Assembly (NCBI GenBank): GCA_009103225.1
Contig: RHPI01003011.1
Coordinates: 1 to 37,976 of the forward strand
DNA from: Chlorokybus atmophyticus
Lineage: Eukaryota; Plantae; Mesostigma and Chlorokybus algae
Direction of reading: 5' to 3'
DNA length: 37,976 nt
Shown here: one piece after another, positions 1 to 9,957 of the stretch
Layout: each line of letters starts with the position of its first letter
How positions within the stretch are numbered: the stretch's first letter is position 1
Position numbers and translations under genes: made by a program
Notes under the pieces: model-generated
The model's input: the letters and a program-made list of their open reading frames with translations, nothing else
Database searches by the model: none
What the model was told of the DNA's origin: nothing

Positions 1-1
1 A

Positions 2-3000
2 TCTGGCGCAGTCATCGTGCGATCTGGCTCAAGCCCGTCAAGCGGTCGCTCTGGAGACGTACTTCTTGAGACTGGTGCATCATGCGCTGGAGATACAGGC
101 AGCATTTTGTTGCAAACAGGCAGCACTACTACTACTGGCCGTGCTGGCCAGTTTTTAGTCCTGATTGGAGGTGCTGATGGCGAGAGCAAACTAACGATGA
201 ACTCGACATATGCGGAAATCACCGTTGCCAATGCTGCACGTTTTGCCGCAACTAGCTTGCACACGACCCTTGCAAGTCCAGTTGGTGGGCTGGTTGGGCT
301 GGCTGATGCTTATGGGAAGGTCCCTGTCAAAGTAGTTGATGGTGCCGTTGTTGTTGATACGCATGAGCTTGATATGTCAGGCAATGTAATAAGCTTAAGT
401 GCTGGTTCAGCAACAGCAATCAACATGAACCACACTCACACCATCATATCTGCCAGTACACTTGGCATAAGCGACGACAATGATGCTGATGTTGGTCTGT
501 GGCTCACCGATGGTAGACTTCAGCTTGCCAGCGCAGGCTCAAAGTCCACCGTCGTGACTGGCGGCTCTCAAGTTGTCATCAACACAACGGTGTCTGGCTT
601 TGACTCTGGTGATATTGAATTGGCCACATCATCAGCACCAACAGGAGCAAGTGGCAGTGTAAGCATTCTGGGTGGAGTTTCGGGTGGCGCAGGAGGCGGT
701 GGTTCCATAGAGGTGGTAGGTGGAAACAGCATACACAGTGAAGGGGGCTCTGTAGAGGTTGCAGGCGGAGGTGGCGCTCGTACTGGTGGGGTCGTTGCTT
801 TGTCTGGTGGTGCTTCCAGGCACGAGACCTGCACCGCCGTGTTCACTTGCCAGAGTGTTGTCGTGACACCTGAGGAGTATCTAGCGATTCAAGAGGGGTG
901 TGACGCTGTCTGCTCGTTTTACGGTGCCTCCTTTGAGCGGTTGTGCGGCAGACAACGTGTGGCTGTTGATGAGGGAACATATGCAGCTGTGCTGCAGGGC
1001 TGCACGCCCGACTGCATGGGTGGCGCGCTCAACTTGGCTGCCGGGAATGCAAACAGCGGATATGGTGGCACAGCCACAATGCGTGGCGGCACTTCGCAGT
1101 CGACTGTGGGAGGCAATGTCATCATCGCCAGCGGGCAGGGTGCTGACGCAAGCGGTGACGTGTTTATCGGCTCAGCGTTGCCCACTGATGCACACGGTGC
1201 ATCTGGGTCAGTCACATTGTCTTCTGCAGATTCCTGCATGGGTACAACGGGTGGCATCAGCTTCACCACAGGCAGCGCCGGTGGTGGTGATGCTGGCAAT
1301 ATTATCTTGACAGTGGGTGCTGCGGACGCCCTAACAAGTGTGCAACTTGGGGACGACAGCGTGACCGTGTCAGTGCAAGACCAAGCACGCTTCCTGGCAA
1401 CAGCTGCAACAACAAGCATCGCTGGTGACAGTGTCAGCATCAGCACAAGGGACTATACAAACTTTTACGCAGGCCCCAGCAACACCACTCTTGAAGGAAG
1501 GCTTATTATCCTGTCGGTCAACAGAGTATCGCATGTGGTTGCCAACAGCAGCGGCACAACTCTTATGGGACAGTCTGTGCGTATTTGCGTTAACAATCAA
1601 ACGCAATTCTTGGCAACCAATAGCAGCACAACAATGTCAGGAGCAGCTGTGTCTGTGCTCGTTAACGGCACTGCCCGTCTCCACGCCTCCGCTGACACAA
1701 CTACCATTCAAGGCCCAGCAGTGGAAGTCACTGCAACATCACAGGATCGGCAGGGAGGATCAGTTGCGGTATCTGGAGGAACGTCAGCGGCAGGAGGTGC
1801 GGTACACATACAAGGAGGGTCTGCTTGGGGTGATTGCGGCAACGGCGTGTACACTTGCGGCAACATTGAAGTGCCGCTGGCTGCGTACTTGGCAATCCAG
1901 GCTGGCTGCGAGGACAGCTGTGTGTTTTATGGTGCAACGCAGCGTCACTGTGGGTCTGGTTACATCGTGGATGAGGACACCTATCAGGCAGTCATGTCTG
2001 GGAGCTGCTCGCAAGGTTGTGCCGCAGGAGTGGTCACAATGACTGGTGGTAGTGCGGAGTCGGCAACTGGCGGTCATGCCATCATACGCGGTGGAAGCTC
2101 GGCCGCAGGTGACGGTGGCTCCATCATCCTGGCATCAGGCAAGGGTGCCGACAGCACCGGCGTTGTGTCTGTTGCATCTGCAGATAATAGCGGCAATGGT
2201 GCAACTGGCGATGTTGTTTTGCGCACTGGCCGGTCTTGCGCTGGAAGTACAGGCGACTTGTTATTGGAGACGGGCAGCACTGACGGCACATCCGGTAGCA
2301 TCATTTTGCTCGTCGGATCTGACGGCGTTTCAAGCAAGAGCAAACTTACTGTCGCAGATGAGATGTTCAAACTCCAACTAGGAGATGCATCTGTTGTGTC
2401 AGCAAGTGTGAACGGCACTTTCATGGGTGGCCTGCAAGATACAGCGGAAGTCACTTTGCTTGACCCTTCCGGGAACAAGCGGGTGCAAGTGCTTGACAGC
2501 GGCAAGGTGTCCATCAACAGCGCCAGTGCTCAGCAGGTGGCAATCCAGAGTGGCGGCTCCGTTTTCATTGAAGCTGCTGCTTCGCAAACACTGTCTCTCG
2601 CTCAAGACGGTTATGATCGCGTGTCCGTGGACACTGGTGGTGGTATTAGCTTGACACCAGCCTCAGGCTCAGGCGTGAATGTCCAAAGCAGTTCAGGGAG
2701 TGCACAGTTCACTGTAAATGCGCTGGCAGCATCGCAAACAGCAACGCTCACAGTAGAAACCAATGCAGCAGATGCCTTGCTGACGTTGTCCGATGGCTCT
2801 GGGTCTGCTTCATTGACATACAGCACTACCGGTGATGGTCTCGTGATTACTGGTATGGAAAAGTCCCTCTGCACAATTGTGGCGGGTGCGGTGACTTGTA
2901 ACACAATGGCTGGGATCATCACGTCGGAGACAACAACATTGGGTGCTGGAGCTACAGAGATCATCACACTAACCAACAGCAGAGTAACAGCTGGCAGCGT

Positions 3001-3169
3001 TGTCGTGGCCACTGTATCCGCTCCTTGCGTGGCCTCCACAACGGACTACGTTTTGATGGCAGTTGTTTATGCCCGAGTATCAGTCAATACCGTATACATT
3101 GCGGTCAAAAACCACGACTCTTTATCATGCATGACAACTTACAAGATGTCATACTACATCATCAACTAG
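2..3169 (+). CDS. Large Gly/Ser/Thr-rich repeat protein (5'-partial) with Cys-rich modules; probably a fibrous, beta-solenoid-like surface or structural protein
   Basis: The frame is open from position 2 (SGAVIVRSGSS...), so the track's GTG start at 17 is not the real start. Stop TAG at 3167-3169. No stops over 3.1 kb. Recurrent GGxVxIxGG / TGxVxLxTG motifs. Confidence 0.85.
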   Translation, partial: SGAVIVRSGSSPSSGRSGDVLLETGASCAGDTGSILLQTGSTTTTGRAGQFLVLIGGADGESKLTMNSTYAEITVANAARFAATSLHTTLASPVGGLVGLADAYGKVPVKVVDGAVVVDTHELDMSGNVISLSAGSATAINMNHTHTIISASTLGISDDNDADVGLWLTDGRLQLASAGSKSTVVTGGSQVVINTTVSGFDSGDIELATSSAPTGASGSVSILGGVSGGAGGGGSIEVVGGNSIHSEGGSVEVAGGGGARTGGVVALSGGASRHETCTAVFTCQSVVVTPEEYLAIQEGCDAVCSFYGASFERLCGRQRVAVDEGTYAAVLQGCTPDCMGGALNLAAGNANSGYGGTATMRGGTSQSTVGGNVIIASGQGADASGDVFIGSALPTDAHGASGSVTLSSADSCMGTTGGISFTTGSAGGGDAGNIILTVGAADALTSVQLGDDSVTVSVQDQARFLATAATTSIAGDSVSISTRDYTNFYAGPSNTTLEGRLIILSVNRVSHVVANSSGTTLMGQSVRICVNNQTQFLATNSSTTMSGAAVSVLVNGTARLHASADTTTIQGPAVEVTATSQDRQGGSVAVSGGTSAAGGAVHIQGGSAWGDCGNGVYTCGNIEVPLAAYLAIQAGCEDSCVFYGATQRHCGSGYIVDEDTYQAVMSGSCSQGCAAGVVTMTGGSAESATGGHAIIRGGSSAAGDGGSIILASGKGADSTGVVSVASADNSGNGATGDVVLRTGRSCAGSTGDLLLETGSTDGTSGSIILLVGSDGVSSKSKLTVADEMFKLQLGDASVVSASVNGTFMGGLQDTAEVTLLDPSGNKRVQVLDSGKVSINSASAQQVAIQSGGSVFIEAAASQTLSLAQDGYDRVSVDTGGGISLTPASGSGVNVQSSSGSAQFTVNALAASQTATLTVETNAADALLTLSDGSGSASLTYSTTGDGLVITGMEKSLCTIVAGAVTCNTMAGIITSETTTLGAGATEIITLTNSRVTAGSVVVATVSAPCVASTTDYVLMAVVYARVSVNTVYIAVKNHDSLSCMTTYKMSYYIIN
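830..1015 (+). repeat. Cys-rich module copy 1 (C-x5-C-x16-C-x3-C-x10-C-x18-C-x3-C)
   Basis: CTAVFTCQSVVVTPEEYLAIQEGCDAVCSFYGASFERLCGRQRVAVDEGTYAAVLQGCTPDC; aligns with copy 2. Confidence 0.85.
1355..1714 (+). repeat. Five exact-length 24-aa tandem repeats
   Basis: DSVTVSVQDQARFLATAATTSIAG / DSVSISTRDYTNFYAGPSNTTLEG / RLIILSVNRVSHVVANSSGTTLMG / QSVRICVNNQTQFLATNSSTTMSG / AAVSVLVNGTARLHASADTTTIQG. Confidence 0.85.
1835..2020 (+). repeat. Cys-rich module copy 2 (C-x6-C-x16-C-x3-C-x9-C-x18-C-x3-C)
   Basis: CGNGVYTCGNIEVPLAAYLAIQAGCEDSCVFYGATQRHCGSGYIVDEDTYQAVMSGSCSQGC, starting 335 codons after copy 1. Confidence 0.85.
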
Positions 3170-4297
3170 ATGTTGATGTTACTAGCCTTGTAAAGTAGCG
3201 TAGGTATATCGTTCGCAATATCATTGTGCATTGTTCCTAGCATAGCGTTCAACAGGTAGTCAATAGTCTTAGCATTGCAGTATATTGGGATTTCACTCCA
3301 TTTTGTTCAGATTGTCATGCTTATGGGAGTTGGAGTGGTCACAATGAAATGCTGTTTGTCAAGCCTTTAAATCCAAACCAGCCTTTGCCATCTGAGGTTA
3401 ACATCATCAAAATGCTTTTTATGCATAAAGCACGCATGTGCTTTGTAGAGAAGCATGTATTTGCTAGATGATCTTATAGCTCACAACAAGCGCGTTAAGT
3501 ATACAAACCGCACGACAACACAAGCATGAAAATTCTGTAAAGTAACCCGCGGCCGCATGTGGTTGATCACTTTACAAAGCGCACATGCATGCATAGTCAT
3601 TGTCCCATTATCATTGTGCTATTGTTATTGGTACATTCATGATCCAAAGTGTCCCGCTTGTCCCTTACTTACCTGCTGGTGAGGATCACAAACTATTGCA
3701 CAAGAAGTTCACTACACACCTTGCAACACCCCTGCTATCACCACACCCACAAAGGAGTAGAGGGAACCCCTTCAACGGCTTCAGCCAGGCACTGCTGGGG
3801 GCACCCCACACAAGTAGTTCTCGCAAGGCCAGCAATTGGTTGCCCCCACCAGGTGGCAGCCTGAGACGGTCTTGCCTTTATACTACTTACTGCTCTCCAA
3901 CCTGGTACATAAGTTGTTCAAGGCCAATGAGGCCTTGCCACCTATACGCTGACCTGTCAGCACAAGCTGACCTTGTCCCAGCTGAGACACATCCACACCA
4001 TCTTGCTGCCTTAGCGACTCTGCGTTTAACACTGACCAGTCCTGCAGTTATTGGTAGACAGTGCGCATGCCTTGTGTAGCTGCTATGTTTCTACACACTA
4101 CTAGTAAATGCATAAGAACTGACCATTTGTTCTTGGCATACCTGCTCATGAAGCTTATGAGCACGTAAGCCAAGTGCTACACGGCTCCATGACTATACAA
4201 GATCCGATCCCTGGAGTCCTCATTTAATCATTATTACTTACCACGTAATGAAAGAACTAAGAGTGACTTCAGCCAGCCTTTTATGCATGGCATTCCT

Positions 4298-4967
4298 TGT
4301 AACGGTGCTCGTGCCCTGCCACCTGTGAGTTGGTCCAATCAACAACCCTCTCACCAAGGCACGGTAATCACACCGGAACCTTGCCCCCTCTGCCAAGCAC
4401 ACACGCGCGCCCCACCACGCGCGTACGCACGCGCATGCGCTCCAAGCTACACACCGACTTGTGTAGCGCCTTGGATCGTCACACAAGCAAGCACACACCA
4501 GTGGACACACGCTAGCAACCCCTGCTAACCACCACCAAGCTTGCACACCAGAAACTAGGGAGCTAAAGGTTGTATTGCAAATTGTAATATGTCACTTTTA
4601 TACGTACCAGTCTGCACATGCTACTGTCTAGACGGTCCTAGCGCTAGACGGAAATAGAAGCTAAGATATTCTGGCAGAATCTTGTAGTATACTTCTAGAC
4701 CTTTCCGACGCACAAAAGATCTCCTCATTTTTTGCTCATATGGTCAAGTTATACTACTTGGCGCCAAGCCCTTCCAGAAATCTGGTCGAGCCCTTCTCGA
4801 CTGGCCCTCCGTTTTCTGGCGTCTTCCAGACTTGCCCTGGGCCGGTCGATATCTGCGGCAGACTCGCAACTCGCCGATATCCGCCACAAGTCATGAAAAA
4901 CATGATATCTCACAAATAAGGCCTAACATGGCCATGAAAATCACGAAATTCGGCCTTAACTGTTACA
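4298..4967 (-). repeat. 3' LTR of element A
   Basis: Direct repeat of 8583..9252, about 97% identical by eye; TG...CA termini. Confidence 0.95.
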
Positions 4968-4980
4968 TTCCTCCTCACCC
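4968..4980 (-). promoter_or_regulatory. Polypurine-tract-like sequence (GGGTGAGGAGGAA) next to the 3' LTR
   Basis: Purine-rich on the minus strand and abutting the LTR. The same sequence also follows the other LTR, so the call is ambiguous (see findings). Confidence 0.5.
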
Positions 4981-5030
4981 GCATTGCAACACCTATGTAT
5001 ATTGTATATTATGTCATATGGTATATATTA

Positions 5031-6834
5031 TGTCTTTTCCATGTCGGGGTGAGCCAGGACTGGTGCCTCCGTCAGCGCCTTTTTCAACGCAGCAAATGCA
5101 TGTTCCTCTGTTGCTGACCAGCTCCAAAGCTTTCCCTTCTTGAATAGGGCAGTCAAGGGAGCAGCTATGCGCGAAAACCCCATGACAAGGTTGCGATGAT
5201 ATCCCGCAAGGCCTAAAAAGAACATAACCTCCTTTACGTTGGTCGGAGAAGCCCACTCGCGCACCACCTGCACTTTGTTGGGGTCCGGCTTGATGCCTTC
5301 ATGCGACACGATGTGGCCTAGGTACTCCACCTCTCAAAGCAAGAATTTGCACTTTTGTAGCTGGTCGTACAACTTGTGTTCGCGCAAACGCTGCAACACG
5401 CGCCGTAGAAGTGCCACGTGCTCCTCCTTTCTTTTCGAGTACACCAAAATGTCGTTGAGGTACACGAGGACTCCCTTGCCAATCAAGTCAACAAAAACGC
5501 TGTTCATCAGCATTTAAAATGTTGCCGGCGTGTTCGTAAGTCCGAAGCACATAACCAACTACTCGTAGTGCCCATAACGTGTGTTGAAAGCTGTTTTCTC
5601 CACATCCTCGGGCGCGATGCGGATTTGGTGATAACCTCCAGCAAGATCAAGTGTTGTGAAGTACTGCGCACCTTGCAATTGCTCCAGCAACTCGTCGATA
5701 CGTGGGAGTGGAAAGCAATTCCTCTTCGTGATGTTGTTGAGAGCTTGGTAATCGACGCACATTCGCAAGCTCCCAATTTTTTTCGTACCAACACTATAGG
5801 TGCACGATAAGGGGACTTACTAGGCATAATGTAGCCTCTTTTCAGCAAGTCCGCCACATGCCTCTCGGCCTCTTCCAGCTCCAAAGGTGACAACTTGTAT
5901 ACGGGTTGATACGGTGGCTTGTGCACGCCCTCAATCAGCTCCACACGGTGGTCTACGCTCCGTGGAGGTGGTAGACCAGATGGAAGTCCACCATGATATC
6001 TTGGTATTCTTTAACAAGTTTACACACCTCGGGGTCCATTGTAGCCGTCTTAACATTGTCACTCAGCTTCGGTGCTGACTTTTGAGTGTTTTCGCGCACC
6101 ACGCACAACCATGCAGCCTTTGCCTTCCGTGGAGACTATAACTTCCTCAATTGCACATAAGTGATCGGGTCAGTTGTCGTACCACCTCATTGTGCGTGCC
6201 GCGCCTCGATGACGTCCGACGCAGCTATGGCAAAATCTCTCTTGCTTTCCACAAAGCGATCTTCCTCTTCAACAGGGCATGCGCGCATACCTTGAATGGA
6301 CTTTCCACCGTTTTGTTCGATGGTGAGCACGCGCTTCCTCCAATTGATGGATGGATTATGTTGCCATAGCCACGGTAGTCTCAAAATTCCATCAAACCCA
6401 TTCCATAGGGTGATGCAGCAAGTCGCATGTTCTCCTTCATCTTCCCAAATAATGAGAACGCACAACTCTTTAATCATAAATGCAGCGCCATCACCTCCAA
6501 AGGGTGGCTCTCCATCAGCGAGCTTCACTTCACCTCCTCGTCATGACGAAAGCCAACCGTAACGCCGCGCAATATCAATACTCATAAAGTTGCTGTTGGC
6601 ACCGCTATCAATCATGAGCTTACACTCTCTCCGTCGTCCTTGGTCATCACAAATGTGTGCTCGAAGCCCGAAGTACTTTGTTGTCTCCTTCTTTGCATCA
6701 CTCACCACCGTTGGCGCGTTCAATGCCATCTTCTCCTGCTTCCTTGATGGAAATGTCACAACAACTGTCCGTGCATGAGGCTCCTTCCTATTCTCAGCAG
6801 TAGCCTCCTCACCTACCAGGGGAAGTCGTTTTCC
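5031..6834 (-). pseudogene. pol: pol of element A: aspartic protease plus reverse transcriptase, with stops and frameshifts
   Basis: LMIDSGANSNFMS protease motif; SKSPYRAPIVLVRKK; MCVDYQALNNIT; LDLAGGYHQIRI; EYLGHIVS; truncated at VLAHPDMEKT, just before RNase H. Confidence 0.92.
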
Positions 6835-8500
6835 TGCTCCACGCCATTGCTCCTGGTGTTGACGCGCCGATCACGGCGAGGGTTGCCATCCGGTGTTGGC
6901 CTTTGCGTGCTTCGTTTGGGGCATCCATACGCCAAATGCTCAGTCGACCCACACGCATTACACTTGCGCACACCTTTACCTCTTTCACTACGTCCGCCAT
7001 GCTTCGCCTCACTTCCATGCGTGTGTATGTGTAACGATGCTCGTACTGATTGAACACCTCACCAGAGCTACCAGCCTGATGAACGAGCTAGGATGCAACT
7101 GAGCACACTAATGGCGCTATCACACGTGCACCTACTCGCAATCAATCAATCAACAGTATTCGCACCGTGGGGTTGAACACCTTGAGGGCAATGTAGGCGC
7201 CTCAAAGCTTGTGGGGGAGTCCGGTCCGTGCAAGAGCTGTAGCAAAAGCACACCCACGCGCACACACGCACCGTGGATGCAAACTACACAAGCACGCACA
7301 CACCACAACAAGAGCAATAACTTAATTTCTACTTGGTCCAACCTCCCTAATAGCAGTATACTAGCTTCTTATATACCTAAGAGGCTATACTAACATTGTC
7401 GAAGTCAACTATGTTTACTACACCGCCAACACATGCCTAAAACATGTGTATTAGCTGTTTAAAACTGCGTCGGCGCATAGAAACTGTCAACGGTGGTCAA
7501 ATGTCAGCGCATAACGCTCGCGTGACCTTTGAAACGCGCGCCCTTGATGTAGGAATAATCCGGCGACTTGGGACTTTATATAAGCATAACGCGTCAGGCC
7601 TGTTAAACAGGGCTGTTTTGGGGTAAAAGGGCTAGAAATTCAGCTTAAAAGCAAGTGTAATGCCAACTTTGTTACAGTATGGCACCCACCTCCATTGGTG
7701 CAAGCCCAAAATCAGCTCCACCTCCATTGGCAAGCGCTAAACTTGGTTCTCCTCGTCTCCATACATGTTGGAAGCCTCCCCGGGGCTGATCACCATGCCT
7801 TTGCTTCCAGGCAGTGTTTCTTGTGGTGAACTGGAAGTACAACGCGTCGAGACGCTCCGCGATGCATATAGCCTCCGCGAGTGTCTTCGGGTCCCGTAGC
7901 TCCACTTCTTTACGCCCCAAAGGTTTTAAACCACGTGTATATCTGTCCAGCTGCTCCTACTCGGTCATATTGGGTATGGACATCACCAATCGCTGAAACG
8001 CAGCCGTGTACGCCATCACCGACCCCATTTGCACAAGGGCTGCAAGTTTGTCGCGTGCGGCCTTCACACTCTCAACGGGAACAAATTAATGCCTGACCGC
8101 CAGTGCCAACTCTTCCATGGTGGTCAATGGTAGCGCCAACCCTTGCAACACGCGTACAACGATGTCTCCACCCTACAAGTGCTGCAACTTTAAGCAATAT
8201 CGCTGCAACCTCCACGTGCAGATGCGTGGGCACCTTCGTGAGATTCAACCAAGACGATACTTGGAACATCCATTCATCTACTGCATCTGCATTACGTTGA
8301 CACTTGAATGGCTTGGGCTTTGGCACCTTCACATGCACGCGCGAGCTTGATGCCATGAGAACTTGTACACGCGCCATCGCATGCTCGTACGCCTCGCGTT
8401 GTGCTTGTGCCACCGCTTGAGTGTGATGAAGCTCTTCCCTCAATGCTAAGATGGCAGCTTGAAGCTCTTTCATGCGAGCATCCACCATCTCCACTAACAC
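6813..8500 (-). pseudogene. gag: gag of element A, interrupted by the solo LTR at 7030..7676
   Basis: Retrotransposon-gag-like VDEWMFQV and PKTLAEAICIAERLD, then PMEVGA. Removing the solo LTR and one TSD copy restores the frame IHTHGS...CNACGSTEHLAYGC (CCHC knuckle at 6921-6962). Stop at 6813-6815. Confidence 0.88.
7030..7676. mobile_element. Solo LTR of a family related to element A, inserted in gag
   Basis: TGTAACGATGCTCGT...TTGTTACA (647 bp) flanked by a perfect 5-bp TSD GTATG (7025-7029 and 7677-7681). Its 5' end resembles the LTR-A start TGTAACGGTGCTCGT. Confidence 0.9.
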
Positions 8501-8568
8501 ACTACACTCCGCTTCCGAATGACAAGTGTAAACGCCTACACACTTCCTCTTGCACCTTCATAAACCGT

Positions 8569-8580
8569 GCTCCGATACCA
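8569..8580 (-). promoter_or_regulatory. Primer-binding site, tRNA-iMet type (TGGTATCGGAGC)
   Basis: 2 nt inside the 5' LTR; one mismatch to the canonical TGGTATCAGAGC. Confidence 0.9.
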
Positions 8581-8582
8581 GT

Positions 8583-9252
8583 TGTAACGGTGCTCGTGCC
8601 ATGTCACCTGTGAGTTGGTCCAATCAACAACCCTCTCACCAAGGCACGGTATTCACACCGGAACCTTGCCCCCTCTGCCAAGCACACACGCGCGCCCCAC
8701 CACGCGCGTACGCACGCGCATGCGCTCCAAGCTACACACCGACTTGTGTAGCGCCTTGGATCGTCACACAAGCAAGCACACACCAGTGGACACACGCTAG
8801 CAACCCCTGCTAACCACCACCAAGCTTGCACACCAGAAACTAGGGAGCTAAAGGTTGTATTGCAAATTGTAATATGTCACTTTTATACGTACCAGTCTGC
8901 ACATGCTACTGTCTAGACGGTCCTAGCGCTAAACGGAAATAGAAGCTAAGATATTCTGGCAGAATCTTGTAGTACACTTCTAGACCTTTCCGATGCACAA
9001 AAGATCTCCTCATTTGCTGCTCATATGGTCAAGTTATACCACTTGGCGCCAGGCCCTTCCAGAAATCTGGTCGAGCCCTTCTCGACTGGCCCTCCGTTTT
9101 CTGGCGTCTTCCAGACTGGCCCTGGGCCGGTCGATATCTGCGGCAGACTCGCAACTCGCCGACATCCGCCACAAGTCATGAAAAACATGATCTCTCACAA
9201 AAAAGGCCTAAAATGGCCATGACTATCACGAAATTTGGCCTTGACTGTTACA
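8583..9252 (-). repeat. 5' LTR of element A
   Basis: Direct repeat of 4298..4967 with the PBS adjacent. Confidence 0.95.
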
Positions 9253-9957
9253 TTCCTCCTCACCCGCATTGCAACACCTACATTGCAAGCGGATGGTGCA
9301 CGAGTGCCGCACAATAATTGCCAGCAAAGAATGCCAACCCTTTTGTATTATTGCACATTATGCATGAAATATTGCAAGTCACGGAAGTGGCATCCAACCA
9401 AAAATCTATATTCAATAATATAGGTTATAAGTGACATTGCGCACATGTTGGCATGTCACAGAAGAGAAGTTGCACGTATTTGCGTTGCAATTGAATATTA
9501 GCTCTTTAAAGGGGCATCTGCAAATCCAAGCTCACTTCAACTTTTTCAACTTAGCAGTACAATTTGTCAAGTTATAGATTGGCGTGAGAGGTTACGCTCT
9601 TTACTTAAGTCCAGCCACCTGAGTATTTAAGAGACCCCAAAATTCAAGAATATTCATTGTTCTTGTACATATCATGTATATAAGGATGATGGATGTTCAC
9701 GGCTTCCATAGGTAAATTTCCATTGCACTTAGATATAAGGAGCTGCAATGTCTGTGCCCGATCTAGCAATGAAGTGTGCCATCGAACACTCATGTGATTC
9801 GGCGGTGACCATATTTAGCAGAGCAGCCTACACACTTATACATGATCATACATGTCTAGCATTTAGCGCGCACACAAGTCCCAATCGTGTGAGAGTGTTT
9901 ACACATGAAGTTAAATTGAACTGTCCTGTTGTACATTCACACGGAACTTTTTCCACG

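Larger units (their letters stand above)
4298..9252 (-). mobile_element. Ty3/gypsy LTR retrotransposon A, degenerate, with RNaseH and integrase deleted
   Basis: Two 670-bp LTRs (TGTAAC...GTTACA), PBS at 8569-8580, and gag, zinc knuckle, protease (DSG) and RT fragments on the minus strand. TTCCT lies at 4293-4297 and at 9253-9257 (possible TSD). Confidence 0.95.

Noticed and set aside
568-3039. Long antisense and alternative-frame ORFs over the first gene (919..1446, 2074..2517, 1425..2042 and others)
   Set aside because: These are shadow ORFs caused by the codon bias of the Gly/Ser/Thr/Ala-rich frame and have no independent motifs.
3600-4079. 159-aa ORF downstream of the first gene
   Set aside because: Non-ATG start, no recognisable motif, and composition like non-coding sequence.
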